In this document: piece after piece, positions 7,211 through 9,618 of the stretch
Layout of the letters: the number at the start of each line of letters is the position of its first letter
How positions within the stretch are numbered: position 1 is the stretch's first letter
Assembly (NCBI GenBank): GCA_048939465.1
Contig: JBHLPL010000073.1
Location: 1-9,618 of the forward strand
Origin: Promethearchaeota archaeon
GTDB taxonomy: Archaea; Asgardarchaeota; Odinarchaeia; Odinarchaeales; JBHLKK01
DNA: 9,618 nt
Direction: 5' to 3'
Position numbers and translations under genes: made by a program
The notes under the pieces: generated by a model
Told to the model about the DNA's origin: nothing
The model's database searches: none
The model's input: only the letters and a program-made list of their open reading frames with translations

Positions 7211-7930
7211 CTAGGTTTTGCGTTTTATCTGCGCACTTCCCTTAGTAAGCTTACTTAGAGTATCTACAAAGGTGTTATAGAGACCTGCCGATACTTCGAC
7301 TGTGCCCGTCCATGAGCCATCTCTCATCCATTCTTCTTTGGAGACACTTCCTAATCGGGAAATGGCATTATATGCCTTGCCAGAATGTATGGCAGGAATA
7401 CGAACCTCCAGCTCTATTTGCTCCATCCGTATGGGGAGGATGGGTTGCAAATCCCTAATTATATCTTTGGCTTGTTCCTCTGGATTCCTAAACGGGTCGA
7501 TGGGGACCTTTGCTTCTTCAATTGCTCGCTCTATACGCTGAGGGGGGTGTGGTAATCTTGTCTGGGGGTTTATGCTATTCCGAGCTAGTATTGTTACTAT
7601 CCGCTTCTTTTTAGCTTCGACCATTTTGCTCCTTTGCTCAGAAGTTAGTTGCAGTTCGCCCCTTCGTAGTATCTCCTCAGCCACCTTCAAAAGATCGGAA
7701 GTGCCAAAGACCTCTTCCAGCTTCTCTGGCGAAGCTTTCTTGCCCTTTTTGGCATTCTCAAACACCATGTATCCTTTTAGAATTTCTGGTAGCTCAACCG
7801 ATTTACCGCTTCGAAAATCATATGCCCCCTCGGGTTCGACGAGTATTTCAAATCTTTCACCGTGGAATTCGAAGCGAGCGATTATCGTATTTTCGAATTC
7901 TACCCACTTATCACCCCTTATGCCAGCCAT
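7211..7930 (-). CDS. sdo1: Ribosome maturation factor SBDS/Sdo1
   Basis: ARFEFHGERFEILV...KGKKAS...FGT...GELQLTSEQR...INPQTRLPHPPQRIERAIEEAK...LPIRME...EEWMRDGSW. Confidence 0.96.
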   Translation of the reverse strand: MAGIRGDKWVEFENTIIARFEFHGERFEILVEPEGAYDFRSGKSVELPEILKGYMVFENAKKGKKASPEKLEEVFGTSDLLKVAEEILRRGELQLTSEQRSKMVEAKKKRIVTILARNSINPQTRLPHPPQRIERAIEEAKVPIDPFRNPEEQAKDIIRDLQPILPIRMEQIELEVRIPAIHSGKAYNAISRLGSVSKEEWMRDGSWTGTVEVSAGLYNTFVDTLSKLTKGSAQIKRKT

Positions 7931-7972
7931 AGAAATATCCCCACGTTTAGCTGAGTTCGCTGAGATTCAAAG

Positions 7973-8689
7973 CTAGGCAAGTTTCTCAATGTAGGTCTGC
8001 ACAGTGTCGGCGGAAAGCTTGTCAAACTTCCGTTCATCCGCGCGTACAACAGCAATCTCGACCTTGGTTGAGTCGAGTTTTCCCTCAATTACTTGTTTCA
8101 GTGCGTTTAACGAAAGCATAACACAATCATCGAGCTTTAGAGTATCACTATATTCCTTTTCCAAGAACTCCCTTACTGCCTGTGCACCTGCTCCAATAGC
8201 TTGTGCCTTATAGCTCCAGTAAGCTCCACTTGGATCTGTCATAAAGAGTTTTGATCCGTTATCATCTGCACCGGCAATGAGTAAGCTCACGCCGAAAGGG
8301 CGAACACCTGCATGTTGAGTATACAACTGTTTTAGATCACATACTTTCTTTGTCAGTGTGTCTACGGTAATCGCTTCATCATACGTTAACCTGTTTACCT
8401 GAGCTTCGATTCGTGCCTGGTTTATTAGTACTCTCGCGTCTGCGGTTAGTCCGGCAATTGCAGCGCCTGTGTGTTGATCAACAAAGAATATCTTTTCTAC
8501 GCTTTCCGGCTCTTGCAGCGAAAGGATTTTCTTCTCGACAGCCAATACTACGCCTTCTTCACATCTTATTCCAACAGCGGTGGTACCGCGTCTGACGGCT
8601 TCAAGAGCATATTCTACCTGGAATAATCTTCCGTCCGGACTGAATATAGTGATTGCACGGTCATATCCTAGCCCTGGAGGAGCAAACAT
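7973..8689 (-). CDS. psmA: 20S proteasome alpha subunit
   Basis: GYDRAITIFSPDGRLFQVEYALEAV signature, GLTADARVL, YTQHAGVRPFGVSLLIAG, TDPSG, AIGAG. SD GGAGGTG (8701-8695) 5 nt before the ATG. Confidence 0.98.
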   Translation of the reverse strand: MFAPPGLGYDRAITIFSPDGRLFQVEYALEAVRRGTTAVGIRCEEGVVLAVEKKILSLQEPESVEKIFFVDQHTGAAIAGLTADARVLINQARIEAQVNRLTYDEAITVDTLTKKVCDLKQLYTQHAGVRPFGVSLLIAGADDNGSKLFMTDPSGAYWSYKAQAIGAGAQAVREFLEKEYSDTLKLDDCVMLSLNALKQVIEGKLDSTKVEIAVVRADERKFDKLSADTVQTYIEKLA

Positions 8690-8694
8690 TCTTC

Positions 8695-8733
8695 CACCTC
8701 CTAAATGGGATCATCAATTTGATTCGATTTAGG
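8695..8733 (-). promoter_or_regulatory. psmA leader: SD GGAGGTG plus an upstream hairpin whose 3' arm overlaps it
   Basis: Minus strand CCTAAAT (8733-8727) and ATTTAGG (8706-8700) form a perfect 7-bp inverted repeat; its last two G are the first two of the SD. The SD is clear; a regulatory role for the hairpin is inferred. Confidence 0.45.
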
Positions 8734-8811
8734 CTGCTAGCCATTAAGTATTTCATCCCATTCTTAGAAGTTAAGGATTAAATACTCGCTAAATTGGTTC
8801 ATTGATAATCG

Positions 8812-8830
8812 CCTATAAACGTTTCCTTTT
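8812..8830 (-). promoter_or_regulatory. Candidate BRE/TATA promoter for the psmA operon
   Basis: Minus strand AAAAGGAAAC-G-like purine run followed by TTTATAGG (8819-8812), implying a leader of about 100 nt. Weaker AT-rich candidates lie at ~8787-8775 and ~8757-8743. Confidence 0.4.
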
Positions 8831-8892
8831 TGGTGAACGCGAAGAATCCTAGCGCCGGTTGAATCTTGTCTGAATAGAGCGTATTCATGTTC

Positions 8893-8914
8893 AGAAAACT
8901 CTTAAAGAGAAAAT
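8893..8914 (-). terminator. Candidate oligo-T terminator after the 4-TM protein gene
   Basis: Immediately after the TAA, the minus strand reads ATTTTCTCTTTAAGAGTTTTCT: T-runs flanking a 4-bp CTCT/AGAG stem. Confidence 0.35.
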
Positions 8915-9313
8915 TTAGGATTCTTGAGCAAGGTGCAGATAAAACGTGAATGCTGTGCAACCGGCGAGCGTAACCAGAACGCTTATCAGACCGAACATGA
9001 TGCCCGAAAGCAGCAGAGAGACTATCGCCAACAGAATGATGTCTCCCCACCCTGCTGTAGATACTCTATATTCTCGTACATTCGCTTCAGCCGTAATTGC
9101 AAATAAGAAAAAGAACGCTAGGATCAATCCTTTGACAAGACTATCGAGATAAGGACTTATGCTGCTCAATTCAGTTGTCATATAGCCAAAAACCGATATT
9201 GATGACCAAAGCATTATGGCAAAGGCGAGAGCGGCCCCAGCCAGAACGGCACAGATGACTATTGTTCGAATCATCAGTCTTTCTTCAGTTCGATACCTTT
9301 CTCTTTTGGTCAA
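8915..9313 (-). CDS. Hypothetical small integral membrane protein (about 4 TM helices)
   Basis: Four hydrophobic segments (TIVICAVLAGAALAFAIMLW; LVKGLILAFFFLFAITA; WGDIILLAIVSLLLSGIMF; GLISVLVTLAGCTAFTFYL) and a charged N-terminus. TTG start with GAGGT 8 nt upstream; the ATG at 9274 is the alternative. Confidence 0.8.
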   Translation of the reverse strand: MTKRERYRTEERLMIRTIVICAVLAGAALAFAIMLWSSISVFGYMTTELSSISPYLDSLVKGLILAFFFLFAITAEANVREYRVSTAGWGDIILLAIVSLLLSGIMFGLISVLVTLAGCTAFTFYLHLAQES

Positions 9314-9344
9314 TCCGGTTTACCTCATCTACGCACTTTATGGT

Positions 9345-9364
9345 AAAAACTTTATAAAGCTTTT
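9345..9364. promoter_or_regulatory. Near-palindromic bidirectional BRE/TATA element between divergent genes
   Basis: AAAAACTTTATAAAGCTTTT matches its own reverse complement at 18 of 20 positions. The core TTTATAAA (9351-9358) has an A-rich BRE-like run upstream on both strands and begins 28 nt before the ATG at 9379. Confidence 0.65.
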
Positions 9365-9378
9365 CTGAGAACACAATA

Positions 9379-9618
9379 ATGGGGGTAGGAGTGCCAGCCA
9401 AGGTTGATGTTTTGGAATTGAAAAGAGAGCATATAGGAAAAATCAGGAAGAGGACCTTGGAAAGCCTTCCAATAGAGACTTGCGCAGTCATGATTGGGAG
9501 ATTCAAGGAAGAGATTGGGAGGGTCAAAGAGAAAAGAGCGATTGTCAAGGACGTTGTCTTTCTAAGAAACACTATAAATTCGGCTGTAAGGTTCGCGGTA
9601 GACCCAAACGAGCTTTAC
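9379..9618 (+). CDS. JAMM/MPN+ (Mov34, M67-like) metalloprotease, N-terminal 80 aa, 3'-truncated; absent from the ORF track
   Basis: Translated by hand, open to the window end: MGVGVPAKVDVLELKREHIGKIRKRTLESLPIETCAVMIGRFKEEIGRVKEKRAIVKDVVFLRNTINSAVRFAVDPNELY. This fits the JAMM N-terminal pattern P-x-E-x-C-[GA]-x-h-x-G...V..V...N...S..RF.hDP.E. The HxH...D metal ligands would lie beyond the window. Confidence 0.85.
   Translation, partial: MGVGVPAKVDVLELKREHIGKIRKRTLESLPIETCAVMIGRFKEEIGRVKEKRAIVKDVVFLRNTINSAVRFAVDPNELY

Noticed and set aside
192-8595. Numerous short ORFs antisense to or nested in the assigned genes (e.g. 2113-2508, 3115-3507, 4438-4719, 5931-6335, 7572-7976)
   Set aside because: They are fully explained as shadows of conserved genes: Ser/Ile/Phe-rich antisense composition, no motifs, no SD support.
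8676-8701. Pairing of the psmA SD (GGAGG) with CCTCC in codons 3-5
   Set aside because: Only 5 bp with a long loop, and explained by the Ala-Pro-Pro coding sequence.
8690-8914. Possible box C/D sRNA or other ncRNA in the 225-nt gap
   Set aside because: There is a single UGAUGA with no downstream CUGA before the psmA start, and no tRNA-like or extended structure; promoter plus leader explains the region.
8799-9106. ORFs 8799-9050 (-), 8924-9106 (+) and 8946-9152 (+)
   Set aside because: They overlap the better-supported 4-TM gene, and the first crosses the candidate terminator and promoter; none has protein-like features.
9285-9572. 95-aa minus-strand ORF in the track
   Set aside because: It is the antisense shadow of the JAMM ORF, runs across the TATA element and overlaps the 4-TM gene; it has no recognisable motif.
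1-9618. CRISPR arrays, tRNA/rRNA genes, IS elements
   Set aside because: No regularly spaced DNA repeats, cloverleaf, rRNA-like segment, transposase motif or terminal inverted repeats were seen, and the window is nearly fully coding.

Overview
Archaeal DNA, most likely an Asgard archaeon (inferred from the longin-like membrane protein, not from a marker search). Most of the window (2119-8689, minus strand) is the conserved proteasome-exosome superoperon: psmA, sdo1/SBDS, rrp4, rrp41, rrp42, rpl37ae, Brix/Imp4-like, pcc1, pfdB, DUF3194-like, DHH/DHHA1 phosphoesterase. On the left, a 5'-truncated single-pass membrane protein converges on the operon. It has a sequon-rich repeated beta-sandwich ectodomain, a cytoplasmic longin-like domain and a probable winged helix. 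On the right, where RNase P protein genes and rpl15e often lie, there is an unknown 4-TM protein. Divergent from it, across a near-palindromic BRE/TATA element, is a 3'-truncated JAMM/MPN+ protease ORF that the ORF track missed. The full-length pcc1 frame has no ATG/GTG/TTG start and appears to begin at ACG. No rRNA, tRNA, CRISPR array or mobile element was seen. All family calls are from motif recognition by eye; no database searches were run.
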